Shown here in pieces: positions 11,801-24,185 of a stretch of 64,000 nt of DNA. This DNA is from Chrysemys picta bellii (lineage: Eukaryota). The position numbers and the translations under genes were made by a program. The DNA is taken from NCBI RefSeq assembly GCF_011386835.1, contig NC_088791.1, positions 203,174,001 through 203,238,000 of the forward strand, read 5' to 3'. Positions within the stretch are counted from its first letter, which is position 1; the number at the start of each line of letters is the position of its first letter. The notes beneath the pieces were generated by a model that was not told the DNA's origin, searched no databases, and saw only the letters and a list, made by a program, of their open reading frames with translations.

Positions 11801-14800
11801 TTTACAAGGCTCTGAACCCAGGCTGAAAGGAAGATTTTTTTTTTCTCAGTTTAAATTCTATGAGAAGGTATTAACATAAACAAGTAAAATAATTCCCAAG
11901 CCCTGGACAAACCTGGTTGAACCCATCTGGTGGTCTGTGAGACCTTGTGAGACTGTCTCAAATTTCATCTGACTTGTCACAATAGAAGATAAAAGCTATA
12001 AACAGGTTTGATTATTCTAGGGATAGAACCACACTTGTTGGGTGTCTTTTTAATTTTTTTCTAAGCACCTCTACATTATTCTTGCATCTTCAAGTAACCT
12101 GGAAAGAACCTAAAGTGAAACCTTGAGCAAAAAGCATTCTTAAAGGAAGTGAAACTTTGGCCCTGAAACCTGGACTCTGTCCAATGCATATGTAATTTCT
12201 AGCATCTCTTTTTTTCAGTGTCTTCTGTGAAGGGTATGTTGTCTGGATCTCCTTTTTCTGTTGTAAGAAATACCCCCCTTTTCAACAGTCTCAGTTGTTA
12301 TTTACACAGCAATTCCTCCCCCTCATTCTGGGAAATGTGATCAATCTGTACATGGCTCATTCTCTTCCTCCACTGTAAATTAGGAAGTAAAACAAATGTT
12401 TAACAAACTTGGCATTTCTTTATCCTCAGTTGTCCATTCTCATTGACATCTTTATTGAACAAACTCAATTTTACCTTTTGCAAGTGTTTTTGAAGAACTG
12501 TGTTGTTGCTAGTGAAAATATTCTCTGCAGTTGAGTATTTCTCTTGGAAAAATGCCCTCAAGTTGGCTTTCCTTTATGCTTCAGTAAAAAACAAAATTGT
12601 TTACTAAAGTATGTAGCATGCATAATTCTCTTATAAATTGAATGCTTCTCAGCCCCAGAAGCACGCATGATATGCTTAGCATCCATAAGAAAACATTTTA
12701 AAAAGAGGGAAAGACTTTTGCCCTTTGCTGATCATCTCCATGTCCCACATTTCATATTTATTCCCCACTTCTGCTGTGCTCCCAAAGCGGAGTTGAGAAT
12801 ATCCCTTCAATACTGGTGCCATAGTTTCAGATTCATCTCTTTTGGGTCTAGGTGTTTTCCAACTCTCATTTTCCTGTTCACTTTGAGAGAGATCCTTTCA
12901 TGGTCACCTTCTTCCCCTCCTCCTCCAGTCACCAAATATTTGATTTGCGCAGGTTGAAATTGACACTATTGGTGGTCCACAGACATAGTCTGAGAACCTT
13001 TGTCCTAGTCTACATTTTCCTCCCATCATCAGCTGCTTCTAACTTTTTAAAATTTAATTCTCTTTCTGTACACCAGATGTAAAAATCCTCATCTTAACCC
13101 AACGAGAATTTTTTTTTAAAGAACCCCACCTTTTCAAATAAAAAATCCTAAACAATAGTTAAATTAAAAAAAAAATCCTTCAACATTATGTCAGATATTT
13201 TAAACGTGCACGCCGTGCAAAGATGTGGCCACCACAGTGGCTGTACTTTGGCTTCCTTGCATGTGTGTAGTATATGCTGCCTGCTGGTCTCTGGCAGAGT
13301 TGGGAATTGCTTTTCCCAGGCCCTTCTTGCTGCATGTTTGAGTTTCCCGGAGCTGCAGTTGCTTGTACCATCTGAAAAGATCTCTTCTGGGATGAGCTGC
13401 CTCCTGTAGTCTCCATCTGTGAGCAGGGAAGACTTGATTACCAAAGACTGCAAGTGGATTTTCCTCTCACATCATCATACGATGAAGGAGGGGAACCTGC
13501 CAAAAATTGGGAATGTTTTTTTTTTTTTTCCCCAATTGAAATTGTAAATAGGCCAATATCTTACAAATAAATTTTACTTAACTCATTTCACCCTCACTTT
13601 TAAAAAATAGAGAGTTTAGATAGCCTTAAGTCTGTGCATTGAATTTTTTTTGCCTGTGGGGAGAGGAGAAATGAACTGGGAATATACATTCAAATACATG
13701 TAGCATGTGCTAGAACACACAGAGATGAGTCAGGATGAATTAAGGTTACTGTAACAACCATACGCTATAATTTTCTTGCTCTTCGTTAGTGTCACTCCAC
13801 TTTAACAGAATATTAATCTACGATTATAGTTTAAAGTCTGAGACAATAAAATCATAGAATCAGAGAACTGGAAGGGACCTCGAGAGGTCATCTAGTCCAG
13901 TCCCCTTCACTCAAGGCAGGACTGAGTATTATCTAAATGTAAAATGTTCGGTGCATGTGCCATAACAGGTTTGGTAAGATGCACAGTGGATTTGTTTTGC
14001 TGTGAAGCGGTTCGGACTTCATTGACAGAGGCAGGTTTACAGTCCAATCTTGCATCAACGATTACCTGCCTTTGTCAAATTATCTGCTTACATGATAAAA
14101 ATCCTTTGTCCACAGGGATGGTCCAAACAAGCCCTTTACGTGGACCAGTATCTTAAAGATGATCTATCTGAGTTTAAATTCTTCTCTGCTGAGAATTGTT
14201 AGGCAACCTGCCCACAGCTTCACGTGTTTCCCACATTCTCTGTCCTCGTTTTGCTGAAGCTACACTCCCACTCACCAGCTTTTGCTCTAAAAAAAGCTTA
14301 AAACAAATTAGCTCTTAAAATACATAGAGACAAGATGGGTGAGGTAATATCTTCTATTGGTGAGAGAGACAAGCTTTCCAGCTTACACGGAGTTCTTCAG
14401 GTCAGCTCTGTATAAGCTCAAAAACTTGTCTCTCCCCAACAGAAGTTGGTCCAATAAAAGATATTACCTCACCCACCTTGTCTTTCTAATGTCCTTGGAC
14501 TGACACAGCTACAACACTGTATATTTAAAACAAATAAGAGTCTAATAGCAGGATTCTTTCTATATTTCTGGCCAGAAAATGCAGAAATCCTAAACAAGCC
14601 AACAAAAAAGCCTTTTTATAATTAGAGGAGGTGGAAATTATATGCTAGAGAGCAAATATCAAGGAAGTGTGATAGTTGAAGAAGCTTATATTGTAATGTT
14701 TTGGTTCCATCAAGATGTGGTTTTGTGTTTTTGCTGCTGCTGTAGAACTTAAATAGGATACAGATGACAAAGAACTTCTTAAAGGACAGCGGTGATCTCC

Positions 14801-15461
14801 AGATAAGTCTTCAGGCAGATATGCAGAGGCTAGAAGGCCTTGAAAAAGAGGGGTACAACCAAAGAAGATCTATGAAAGAGACCACGAAAGAATATCCCAA
14901 TCAGGAGGAAGATGAAGGCAAGTTTACTCATTTAGGAAAGGTACTTTTCCTCTCTCTTAAGCTGTTGTGGATGTTACAAGCAAAAATTTGTAAAGGAGTT
15001 TGAGGAAAAGAGGACTGTCATGTAGAATAATTCTCTTTATCAGGATGTGTTGCTTTGACACGCTCGCTTTAGTGGGGCATCTCCCGGGGAACTAATTAAG
15101 CCATGATAATGAATGGCAGTGATTACTGCACAATGTTAGTGAAACTGTTGTTTAATAGGGACACATTTTGTCAGGGCCATCAATTGTAGTATTTCAGCAG
15201 GTGTGGAATTGTTAAGATTCAGTCGTCTTTACAGAAATGATCAAATACAGGTTAAAAGAAGGACCAAAGAGATAATCTGCGTGAGGATTTGTTCCACAGG
15301 TTGGGAACCACCAGGTTAAAAAGCATAAAAAATACTGAACTAAGAAACAAGTGCAACACTCGATTAGAGGAAGATTCACTTATGCTTTTTTTTTGTTTTG
15401 TTTAAATATAGGTTGTTCGTTAAAGAAAATGAAGTGTATTCCCAAAGAACAACTTTTGTGA
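2736..15461 (+). CDS. CXorf38: CXorf38 orthologue (uncharacterised protein), exons 2-7, 5'-partial; about 270 aa encoded in the window
   Basis: Exons 2736-2870, 5513-5635, 5767-5916, 10059-10241, 14746-14917 and 15412-15461 splice in frame. The translation tracks human CXorf38 ([20 protein letters not shown]; [18 protein letters not shown]; [11 protein letters not shown]; [16 protein letters not shown]). Convergent with ATP6AP2 as in human. Confidence 0.95.
4190..4555. mobile_element. hAT (Charlie-type) MITE
   Basis: Inverted termini ctgtggttctcaacc ... ggttgagaaccatag, with internal gtacccc motifs typical of this turtle MITE group; no clean TSD. Confidence 0.75.
4650..5189. repeat. GC-rich interspersed repeat, probably a non-autonomous hAT remnant
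   Basis: Abrupt G/C-run-rich block in an AT-rich intron, ending ...gcaactcccta (TAGGG-type terminus). It produces several spurious Pro/Gly-rich ORFs. Confidence 0.4.
5513..5635 (+). CDS. CXorf38: CXorf38 exon 3 (123 nt, [41 protein letters not shown])
   Basis: tgtag acceptor, GAG|gtaaaa donor; similar to human AFMPRG...CDAVALLSLINSCDHF. Confidence 0.95.
5767..5916 (+). CDS. CXorf38: CXorf38 exon 4 (150 nt, [18 protein letters not shown]...TRIEK)
   Basis: tttag acceptor after a 131-nt intron, AAG|gtaaaa donor; the N-terminal half is near-identical to the human sequence. Confidence 0.96.
7142..8007 (+). mobile_element. Solo LTR (about 866 bp) in CXorf38 intron 4
   Basis: TG...CA termini (tgtgacc...ctgtgaca), 5-bp TSD gagcc/aagcc, and AATAAA at 7719-7724 after a T-rich tract. 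Confidence 0.8.
8640..9462. mobile_element. AT-rich non-autonomous hAT element
   Basis: Termini cagggtgg ... ttatccagcctg; degenerate 8-bp TSD ctcctttt/tttctttt. Confidence 0.65.
10059..10241 (+). CDS. CXorf38: CXorf38 exon 5 (183 nt, [16 protein letters not shown]...EEQEMLSEE)
   Basis: aacag acceptor, GAG|gtactt donor; matches human LLTSDWAVHIPEEDQ...EIEMQLLKEKLQEIYL. Confidence 0.95.
11462..11981. mobile_element. Probable solo LTR (about 520 bp)
   Basis: Perfect 8-bp inverted termini tgtgacaa...ttgtcaca and a composition shift from the flanks; TSD not convincing. Confidence 0.5.
13851..13935 (-). mobile_element. CR1 LINE 3' tail fragment
   Basis: atcatagaatc...ggaagggacctcgagaggtcatctagtccagtcccc is the reverse complement of the CR1 3' end. 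Confidence 0.85.
14326..14518. mobile_element. Penelope-derived pseudo-LTR pair in inverted orientation (palindromic element)
   Basis: Left arm agagacaagatgggtgaggtaatatct... is the reverse complement of right arm ...agatattacctcacccaccttgtct. The same unit recurs singly at 49717-49840. Confidence 0.75.
14746..14917 (+). CDS. CXorf38: CXorf38 exon 6 ([29 protein letters not shown]...EEDE); 3' boundary 14917 (GC donor) or 14940 (GT donor)
   Basis: tgtag acceptor in phase with exon 5; aligns to human [26 protein letters not shown]. Confidence 0.85.
15412..15461 (+). CDS. CXorf38: CXorf38 putative last coding exon ([16 protein letters not shown] if phase 1; VVR* if phase 0)
   Basis: Strong T-rich acceptor ...ttttgtttaaatatag. 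The reading depends on which exon 6 donor is used. Confidence 0.6.
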
Positions 15462-16475
15462 AAGTGTCAGTGACTGCGTTTTGAAGAGAAGTTCCTGTAA
15501 GTGATTGACTTGTCAACACGTAGTCTGTCCTTCACTGAGTGAGGGTATGCCCAGCCTCTTTAGTGGCTTGGAAAACAAACTTAAAGGGTGAATTGTCATG
15601 AGATGCCTTTCTAAAATTTCAAAACTTCCTGTTGCGGTTTGATGATTTTGTTTCTTGGAAGAATGTCATGCACTCCTCCCTCCCCTCCAACCCCCGCCTC
15701 CTTTTTCAATTTCAAGAATGTGGAGAAACCTAGCTAGAGCCAGGAAATAAACTGTAGGCTTGAAGGAATTGATCTTGCAAGGGTATGGAAGACTGAGAGA
15801 AGGCAGTACTGAGCCACTGGGGCTTTGTTGTTGTTGATCCATTAAGGCAGTTAAGCTGAACAGAATGGATGTTGGGCGGCAAAAATACAGTCCCTAGCAT
15901 ATATCATGAGGCCTTGAGCAGCTGGCTGTAAGAGATATAGTTTCATTTGTTTCTGTGTCTGGGCCTCATAACGCCCTCTGTTCTCAGTTTAACATTGGCT
16001 CCTCAGTCACTTTGGTGTAAAGCAGCAATACTTAAGGGTGGCAGCAAAACCGTCTTAAAATAATTAAAGTGACCACTGTACAACGCTATACAACAGATTT
16101 ACACCGTTCCCTGACCATGTCCTGTCTTTACTCACGGCACGGTCGTTTTTCCCATTCATGAGCGCTCATTGCAGTCTGGACATAGAGGTTTGCTTACATG
16201 ATTCAAAACTGCATACATCTCTCAGTACCACGTGCAGACCACTGCACAGTTCTTGAGAAAGTGCTCATCACCAATGCTTTAACTCATCACCATGTTTCTT
16301 TCAGTGGTGCTTTGCATGGTCAAGTCCTATGTAGTTGCTTAACCCTGAAAACAGTGGATTCAGGATTTCTGCTAAATTTGCAGCTGTCAGAATCCTGTAG
16401 TACCAATTTTAATGGAGCAAAGTCCTGACTTTTTGTGCTTTTTTTTTATATATTGTAAATAATTTTTGCAAGCAC

Positions 16476-16481
16476 AATAAA
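16476..16481 (+). terminator. Candidate CXorf38 polyadenylation signal
   Basis: AATAAA about 1 kb after the stop codon, flanked by T-rich tracts; no transcript evidence. Confidence 0.45.
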
Positions 16482-19400
16482 ACATTCAAAAAAAATTTTT
16501 TTAATTATGCCAACAGATGATGCATTTAGTACTGGCAGAGCATAATTTTGTTAGATTATTTGAGATTATTAATTAATAATTTGAGATTATTAATCCCAGT
16601 TTTTCCCACTAAGAGCAAAAATATTGCAAGTGAGGGACACTGTCAACTAAAATAATCATACATTTATAATAAAACATTTAAAATCAATGACCTTCCAGAA
16701 TACTGAAACTGATGTAATTTAAAAAAAAAAAAAAAAACAACAACAGGCATTTAAACCTTTTTCATGTTTTTGCTTTTTTCAATTTTATTTCTTTTCTCTT
16801 TAGCATAATGGAGATCAGCAAGGTCAGTTTCAATTTTGTGCAGTCCATATTACAATATTTCAGTTTTAGTGCTACGTTGTTGTTGTTGTTGTTTTCAGAC
16901 ACTATTTTTACTTAAATGTTCCCTGCAACTATTTTCATTAGATTTTATTTTTTAATGGAAACATTTCTATTAGTCTTAAGTTTTATAAAATCTCATTTTT
17001 ACAAAATGTGAATGTTAAGATACATTTTGCTTTCCAGTACCCTCTAAAGGGTTGGCAGTAACATAAATGTATTTAATCTCTTGAGAGCTACCATTTCTTT
17101 TTAATAAAAACTTTGCAATCAATAAAAGGAACAAAATTCATATATTATAATGTGTAATGTTAATATTTGTGTCTCCTCTCCTCAGATTCATTGTTTTTGT
17201 TATTTTTATGTATATATTTGTCCCTTTTTCATGGCCTAGAAAATTCTTCTTTCTTTCAAGTTTCTGACTGGGTGACTGCTTTTGGGTGTTGCCGGAATTC
17301 ACCAGCCTGCCTTTTGTTAGAATAGCGGAACAGGTGTATGGGAAGCCAAGTGAGCAGATGATACTTTTTTGCATTCACTCTTAAGGAGGTGGCCTAGCCT
17401 CACCTCCCTGGAGGTTCCCAGAAGCCAGTGATATTCCTTATTACTATAGTCTACACTACAATAGCTAATATTTTGAAAAGCTGACACTGTGTTGAGTATT
17501 GGCTACAGCAATTATTAGAGGTGTTCACTTTAGAAAACGGGTCTGATCCTGCCCCCAGTAAAGTCAATGGAAGTTTAGCTATGGAGATAAATAGGAGAAG
17601 AATCTAGCTCCCAATTGCCGTCCTAAGTTTGAGTTTGAGAAAAATTGGCACATTTTATTTTTTTACTATAGCAGAGAACAGGGATGACAGAAATAGATTC
17701 CTAGGATTTGAGATAGCTGTCTGAGCAATTTAAAGGGTTTTGAGGCTCAGTGCTGAAGTTCTCCATTAGCAAGGTTTTTGATTGACGATATTCCGGGCTT
17801 ACTTGCTTTCCTGTATGATGTAGTAATAGTTGTCTGTCAGTTCAGCAGTGGTCTAAATACTGTAATAGATTATACAAGTATAGTAATGGACTCCTTTGTT
17901 CTGTCAGTTATTCTCACAAATGACTTTGACTCCAGCATTGTAAGTGACTACTAACAGGGAGGGGCTTACCACGTAAATAGAAATATACTGGCACTGAGGC
18001 CTTTCAATAGGCAGTAACCTCTTAATGAAATACAGTACTTAAATTGCTTTTTTTATGAAGCATATAACATTTACAAAATACGTTTTGCCAGAGCACTAAC
18101 CAAGAAATGTATTCATTTCCAGTAACATGACATTCAATGAAGTGAAAAACCATCCTTGTGATGAATTGTATTTTACAAGAAGAAATCCTGATGCATCAAA
18201 ATCCAGTGGCGAGAATTCAAAAAAGTTCTGATTCTTTTCAGATTCAGTTTATTGCTTAAATTACCAAAAAGCCAAGGAGAGGATATTCCCCATCCCTAAA
18301 CCTAGGGTCTGATGCAAAGGCATCGAATACCCACCTTTCTTTATGGGGCACGTGTGGGTGTTCAGAGTTTATAGAGTCTAAGATTTCATTTAACAGCAAC
18401 AAAAAGATTCATCTCTTCATAGTTGTGATGAAAACCATCCATATGTTAATAGAGTAACCTGCTGCAGTATTTTTTAAATCTGCAGAGAGCCTGAAAGAGT
18501 GACTCCGATGTATGACCTTCCCACCCCCCATTTAACTCATTGGGGGTGAACACGAAATTGATTACATTTAGATATCAGCATTCACTTTTTCATGTCTGAA
18601 GATCTTAGTGAATGGGCAAGAGGTGCGAACTGATGCTGCAGGGAAGGAAGTGAAGGGGGAAGAAAGGAGAGACAGACATAGGAGGAAAAACTGAGAAGGA
18701 TGAAGAATGAAAAGCAGTGAGGGACATAAACAGCACTGCTCCTGTGGGTGGGTGTATTTTCCTACTGAGTGATGTGGTTGTGACTATAAGATACTAAACA
18801 AGTAACTAAGCTAAACTTTTATTGACAGTATTTAGTACATAAGGGCCATATTGTACCCTAGGTTTTGTACAAACCCCCACTCACTGGATGAATTGAGTAT
18901 GTTTTCATAAATGTATGAAATTATGTTAAAAATAAAACATGGCCCTCTGTGATTGAGTTTGACATCCCTGTGCACTTTGACTGTGCTTATGCAGTGTTCT
19001 GGAGTATTACCATGAAAATCAGCAGGAAGTAAGTGATGTGTTGAGCCTGGTGATCGTAGGTAACAAGATAGATATGGCAAGGCTGGTTGCCGTAGAATCC
19101 ATCATTGTGCCACGAATCTTGAGATTCCTAACCAGTAGGATGGTTCTCCTTATCCTCTGGTCTTGTAGCTGATGATGTATGTCCATGTGTCGTCATCATC
19201 AGGAGAGTCCTGATGTTCAGAAAGCTGTCATTAGCCAGCATTTGAGCATAGATGCACCCTAGCTGTGTCATCCCCACTATTCCTCCATCTGTCCCAGAAG
19301 AGTTTTCCTGATGGCTCATCTCAAATTGGTCTTAACAGATTCTTTTTCCTTAAGCTGCTTTTCCAAGCCAGGTTCAGAGCCCTGTTTATCAGTGTCTAGT

Positions 19401-19929
19401 TAAGGCATAACGTGGAGAGCATGCGCTGGAGAGAATCACTCCCTGGGCTGTTGTAAAAATTGATTGATCTCACCGGAGGCTGTCTATAAAAGATAAGGGG
19501 GAATGTCTGCAGGAACATTATGTGAGTCTCTTGATTCTGGTAATGAATGAGCCTACAGCAGCAGCCAGTGTCTCTGCTCTCTTTATAATAACAGAGCATT
19601 GTTGCACGGAACTTCCACACCATATATCCCCTCATCTGTCATGTGAGAAGCACAACACAGAAATCGATGTAGCCAAGGTAATTTAACAACTGAATCCTTC
19701 ACAGAATCCACACTGTTCCTCAGCATGACAAATGTAATGATTTTCAGGAGTCATAAAGGGATACCTTGAAACCCTGTGTAGTATCAATGTCCTGTCTAGC
19801 CCCACTCATAAGCCTTTCCCCAAATCTTCAGCTGATGGATGCAAATCTGCCATTGCCACGTTAGCTATATACTTAAAGTGAAATCATCAGTGGACGTGCC
19901 ATGGAGAAACCCGACTACAGAAGTGGTGT

Positions 19930-22900
19930 GTGGCATTGGAGCAGGTGCCAGGGGGAAACCTGAAGGTAGTGGGTTGGCGAATGCCAGTGAGTCTTCACTT
20001 ATGCAGATCCAGTGACCATAAACTTGTGCATAGGGGTTATTGCAGGCTATGGTGGGTTCTAGCTGCAGGAGGAGGGATGTTGCTGAAGAAGACGCGAGAG
20101 CTAACTCTTGGGGTGAGTGAGCTTGTCTGTCTGGTTTTTCTCCTGGTTTGCTTAAAGTTTACACTGTGGTCTTTTGGGAATTGTGTGGTTGTGGGGGCCG
20201 GAGGCCTCCTAGCAGCTACCTGAGTGTGCATGAGCAAGGCTCTCACCTCTGAGCCTTGATCACCCTTTCTCTATGTGTTAATGAGAGGGCAGGGCTGACT
20301 AGGAGAGAGGGGCTTAAAAGCCAGCTGCTAAATAACCAAGGAGCAGCAAACAGGGAAGTTTGAGAGGGATTTTATAGGCGGGAGAGAGAAAAACATCATG
20401 GTTTGGAAAGGCTATATCACAGTGCCAACACTGCTCCTGGCTCCTCCACCTGCATCTGTGTCCAGCCAGAGAACCCAACCATGGATGCCTCTACCCATTT
20501 CCCTGTCATAGAAAGCCAGGCTGGGGAGACCATCCAGTGTGAGAGGTGCCTACTGATAGGCACCACAGGAAGTGTGCTGCCTGCCAGGGGCCTGTATCTG
20601 ATACATTACAGAAGGATTGTCCAGGGTCATCGAGCCCTATGACTATTACCCCATACTGTTAATCTATGTAGGCACTAATAATACTGTGAGGTAGGACACT
20701 GAGCAGATCAGAAGTGACTATAGGACTCTGGGAGTGAGGGTGAAGGAGCTGGGGAACAGGTGGTGGTCTCATCAATCCTTCTGGTCAAGGGTAGGGACCC
20801 AGGCAGAGACAGACACATCCTGGAGGTGAATGCCTGGCTGTGAGGGTGGTGTTGCCAGGAGGGCTTTGGCTTCCTTGACCACAGGATGCTGTTCTGAGGG
20901 GGACTGCTGAGCAGAGATGGGGCCCACCTGTCAAGGAAAGCTTCAGATCCAGACTGGTCACCTGGTGAGGCGCACTTTAAAATAGGTTTGATGTTGGCAG
21001 GAGACAAAAGCCCACAGGTAAGTCCTGAACATGGAGATCAGGGTGAAGGGCTGGAATTTGGGGGGAACATAGGCAATCGTAGCAGGGGACAAAGGAGAGA
21101 CAAGAGGGGACATAGCGGAGAAATCTAATGAACATCTTAAATGTCTATATTATTAATGCAAGAAGTATGGGGAATAAACAGAAAACTAGAAGTACTAGTG
21201 AATAATCACAATTATGACCTAACTAGCATCTATTGGAATATTGGTATACAAGAGTACAACTTATTCAAGAAGGACAGGCAGGGAAAAAAGGAAGGGGGTG
21301 TTTTCTTGTATATCAGAGATGTATACACGTACTGAGGTCAAGATAGAAGTGGAAGGCAGATCTGTTGAAAGTCTCTGGGTAAAGATAATTGGTAAAAAAA
21401 ATCAAGGGTGATGTCATGGTAGGGTCTACTATAAGTCACCTAAGCAGGAAGAAGACATGGATGAGGCTTTTATAAATGACTAACAAAATCATTCAAAGCA
21501 CAGGACTTGATGGTGATGGGGGATTTCAACTACCCAGACACCTGTTGGGAAAATAATACAGCAGGACACAGATTATCCAATGAGTTCTTGGAATGCACTG
21601 GGGACAAGTTTTTATTACAGAAGATAGAGAAAGCAGATAGTGGAGGAGCTATTCTGGATTTGATTATGACAGGGAGGAACTGGTGGAGAATTTGAAGGTG
21701 TAAGGCAGTTTGGGTGACAGTGATCATGAAATGATAAAGTTCATGATTCTACAAAATGGCAGGAGGGAAAACAGCAGAATAAAGACAATGGACTTCAAGA
21801 AGGAAGACTTCAGCAAACTCAGAGAATTGGTAGGTAGGATCCTGTGGAAGGCAGGTGAGTTGGCAGTTTTTTAGAGACATTAAAGGCACAAGAGCAAACT
21901 ATCCCAATGCGCAGGCAAGACAGGATCTATGGTAAACGTGGCTTAACCAGGAGATCTTCAGTGACCTGAAACTCAAAAAAATCCAACAAAAAGTGGACAC
22001 TAGATCAAATTATGAATGATGAATATATATAAAAAAAACAAAAAACCCCAAGAGCACAGAGGGACAAAATTTGAGAGGCTATGGCACAAAATGAAATTAA
22101 ACTAGCTAGGGATGTAAAGTATAACAATAAAACATTTTACAAATACATGAGGAAGGCCAAGACTGAGCCCATTAATTAATGAGGAGAGAAAGATGATGAC
22201 AGAAAATGCAGCAATGGCTGAAGTGTTAAATGCCTTTTTTGTTTGTTTTCACCAAAAAGGTTAGCAGTGGTTGGATGACTAACATAGTGAACATCAGTGT
22301 AAATGGGGTAGGAGCTGAGGCTAAAGAACAACTTAAGAATTATTTAGACAGGTTAGATGCCTTCAAGTCAGCAGGGTCTGACAAAATACATCCTAGAATA
22401 CTTAAGGAAGAGATCTCTGAGGCATTAGCGATTATCTTTAAGAACTTGTGGAGGATGGGAGAGAACCCAGAGGCCTAGAAAAGAGCAAATATAGTACTTA
22501 TCTATAAAAAGGGGAATAAGGACAACCCAGGGAATTCTAGACCAATCATCTTAACTTTGGTACCCAGAAAGATGATAGAGCAAATCATCAATTTTTAAGC
22601 CCCTGGAAGATAATGAGGTGATGATAAACTATCAGTATGGATTTGTCAAGAAGAAATCAAATATACTAAACCAACCTAATATCCTTTTATGATAGGGTAA
22701 CAAGACTTGCAGATGTGGGGGGGAAGCAGTAAATATGATATATCTCAACTTTAGTAATGTTTTTGATGCTGTCTCATGTGACCTTTTCATAAGCAAACTA
22801 GAGAAATGTAGCCTAGATGAACCTACTGTAAAGTGGGTGCATAATTGGTTGGAAAACTGAATGCAGAGAGTAGTTATCCATTGTTCACAGTCAAGATGGA

Positions 22901-24185
22901 AGGGCATATTGAGTGGAGTCCCACAGGGATCTGTCCTGGGTCCAGTTCTATTCAATATCTTCATAAATGATTTAGATAATGGCTTAGAAAGTATGCTTAT
23001 AAAGTTTGCAGACAATACCAAGCTGGGAGGGGTTGTGCGCGGTTTTGAGGACAGGACTAAAATTCTAAATTATCTTGACAAACTGGAGAAATGGTCTCAA
23101 TGAAATAGGATGTAATTCAATAAAGACAAATATAAAGTACTACATTTAGGAAGGAATCATCAATTGCACACATACAAAATGAGAAATGACTGCCTAGAAA
23201 TGAGTACTGCAGAAAAGGATTTGGGGATTATAGTGGATCATGAACTAAATATGAGTCAACAATGTAATACGGTTGCAAAAAAAGTGACCATCATTCTGAG
23301 ATGTATTAGCATGAATGTTGTAAGCAATTCACAAGAAGTAATTCTTCCACTCTACTTAGCATTGATAAGGTCTCATCTGGAGTACTGTGTCCAGTTCTGG
23401 GCACCAAACTTTGGGAAAGATATGGACACATTGAAGAAAGTCCAGAAGAGAGCAGTAAAACATAATTAAAGGTCTAGAAAACTTGACCTACAAGGAAAGA
23501 TTGAAAAAATAGGGTTTGGTTAGTCTGGAGAAGAGAAGATGGAGGAGGGGGGAGGAGAACATAAGTCTTCAAGGTTGTTATAAAGCGAAGGGTGATAAAT
23601 TGTTCTCCTTATCCAGTTAGGACAGTACAAGAAGTAATTGGAGCAAGGGAGATTTAGGTTAAACATTAGGAAAAACTTCCTAACTGTCAGGGTGGTTAAG
23701 CACTGGAACAAATTATCTAGGGAGGTTGTGAAATCTCTGTCATTGGAGGGTTATAAGCACAGGTTAGACTAAAACCTGTCAGGGATGGTCTAGATCAGTG
23801 GTTAGCAATCTTTTCCCCCAATGACCCATTTGGCATCTTACCAAGTGTCCTGAGACCCTTTTCATTTCCAGTACTACTTGGAACGTCCCTTCCTGCATGA
23901 GAGCGCCTCTGCCAACATGACCCCTCTCACACGGTGCATGCAAGGTCATGCTGTGTGGAGGACTTCATTATGAGAATAAAATGGCATCCTCCATGCAGCA
24001 AAAGTGCCAAAATGCTGTTCCAGAGCATTCTGGCCCTGGCTCAAGGGACAGACCCCCACATAACTCATGGCAGACCAGACCCCCAGACATCTGAGGAACC
24101 TCCTTTGGGAATCATTGGTCTAGTCCTGCCTCAGTGCAGGGCACTGGACTAGATAACTTACCAAGGTCCTTTCCAGTCCTACAGT
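19930..24185 (+). mobile_element. Near-full-length but decayed CR1 LINE (5'UTR, ORF1 zinc-finger/esterase remnants, ORF2 APE-RT, 3' tail)
   Basis: 5'UTR-like ggggcttaaaagcc...gagcagcaaacaggg; ORF1 MDAST...IQCERCLL at about 20480; esterase-like segment 20710-20960; APE at about 21135 ([13 protein letters not shown]); RT SGVPQGSVLGPVLFNIFINDL...KFADNTK; tail ccttccagtcc. Many stops, frameshifts and deletions. The 5' edge is uncertain. Confidence 0.92.
23796..24117. mobile_element. hAT/Charlie-type MITE inserted in the CR1 3' UTR
   Basis: Termini cagtggtt...aatcattg; flanks gtctagat/gtctagtc (NTCTAGAN-type target). The CR1 tail resumes after it. Confidence 0.7.

Noticed and set aside
13148-13453. 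Overlapping ORFs in CXorf38 intron 5, including KVQP reminiscent of MPC1
   Set aside because: Only a 4-residue match, wrong spacing to other MPC1 motifs, wrong position relative to human MPC1L, and no poly(A) tail or TSD. The origin of the segment is unresolved.
18949-19100. LVIVGNKID resembling a Rab/Ras G4 motif, with an upstream EFDI in another frame
   Set aside because: No G1 (GxxxxGK) or G3 (DxxG) motif nearby and the frames are broken; a single motif is compatible with chance. A tBLASTn would settle it.
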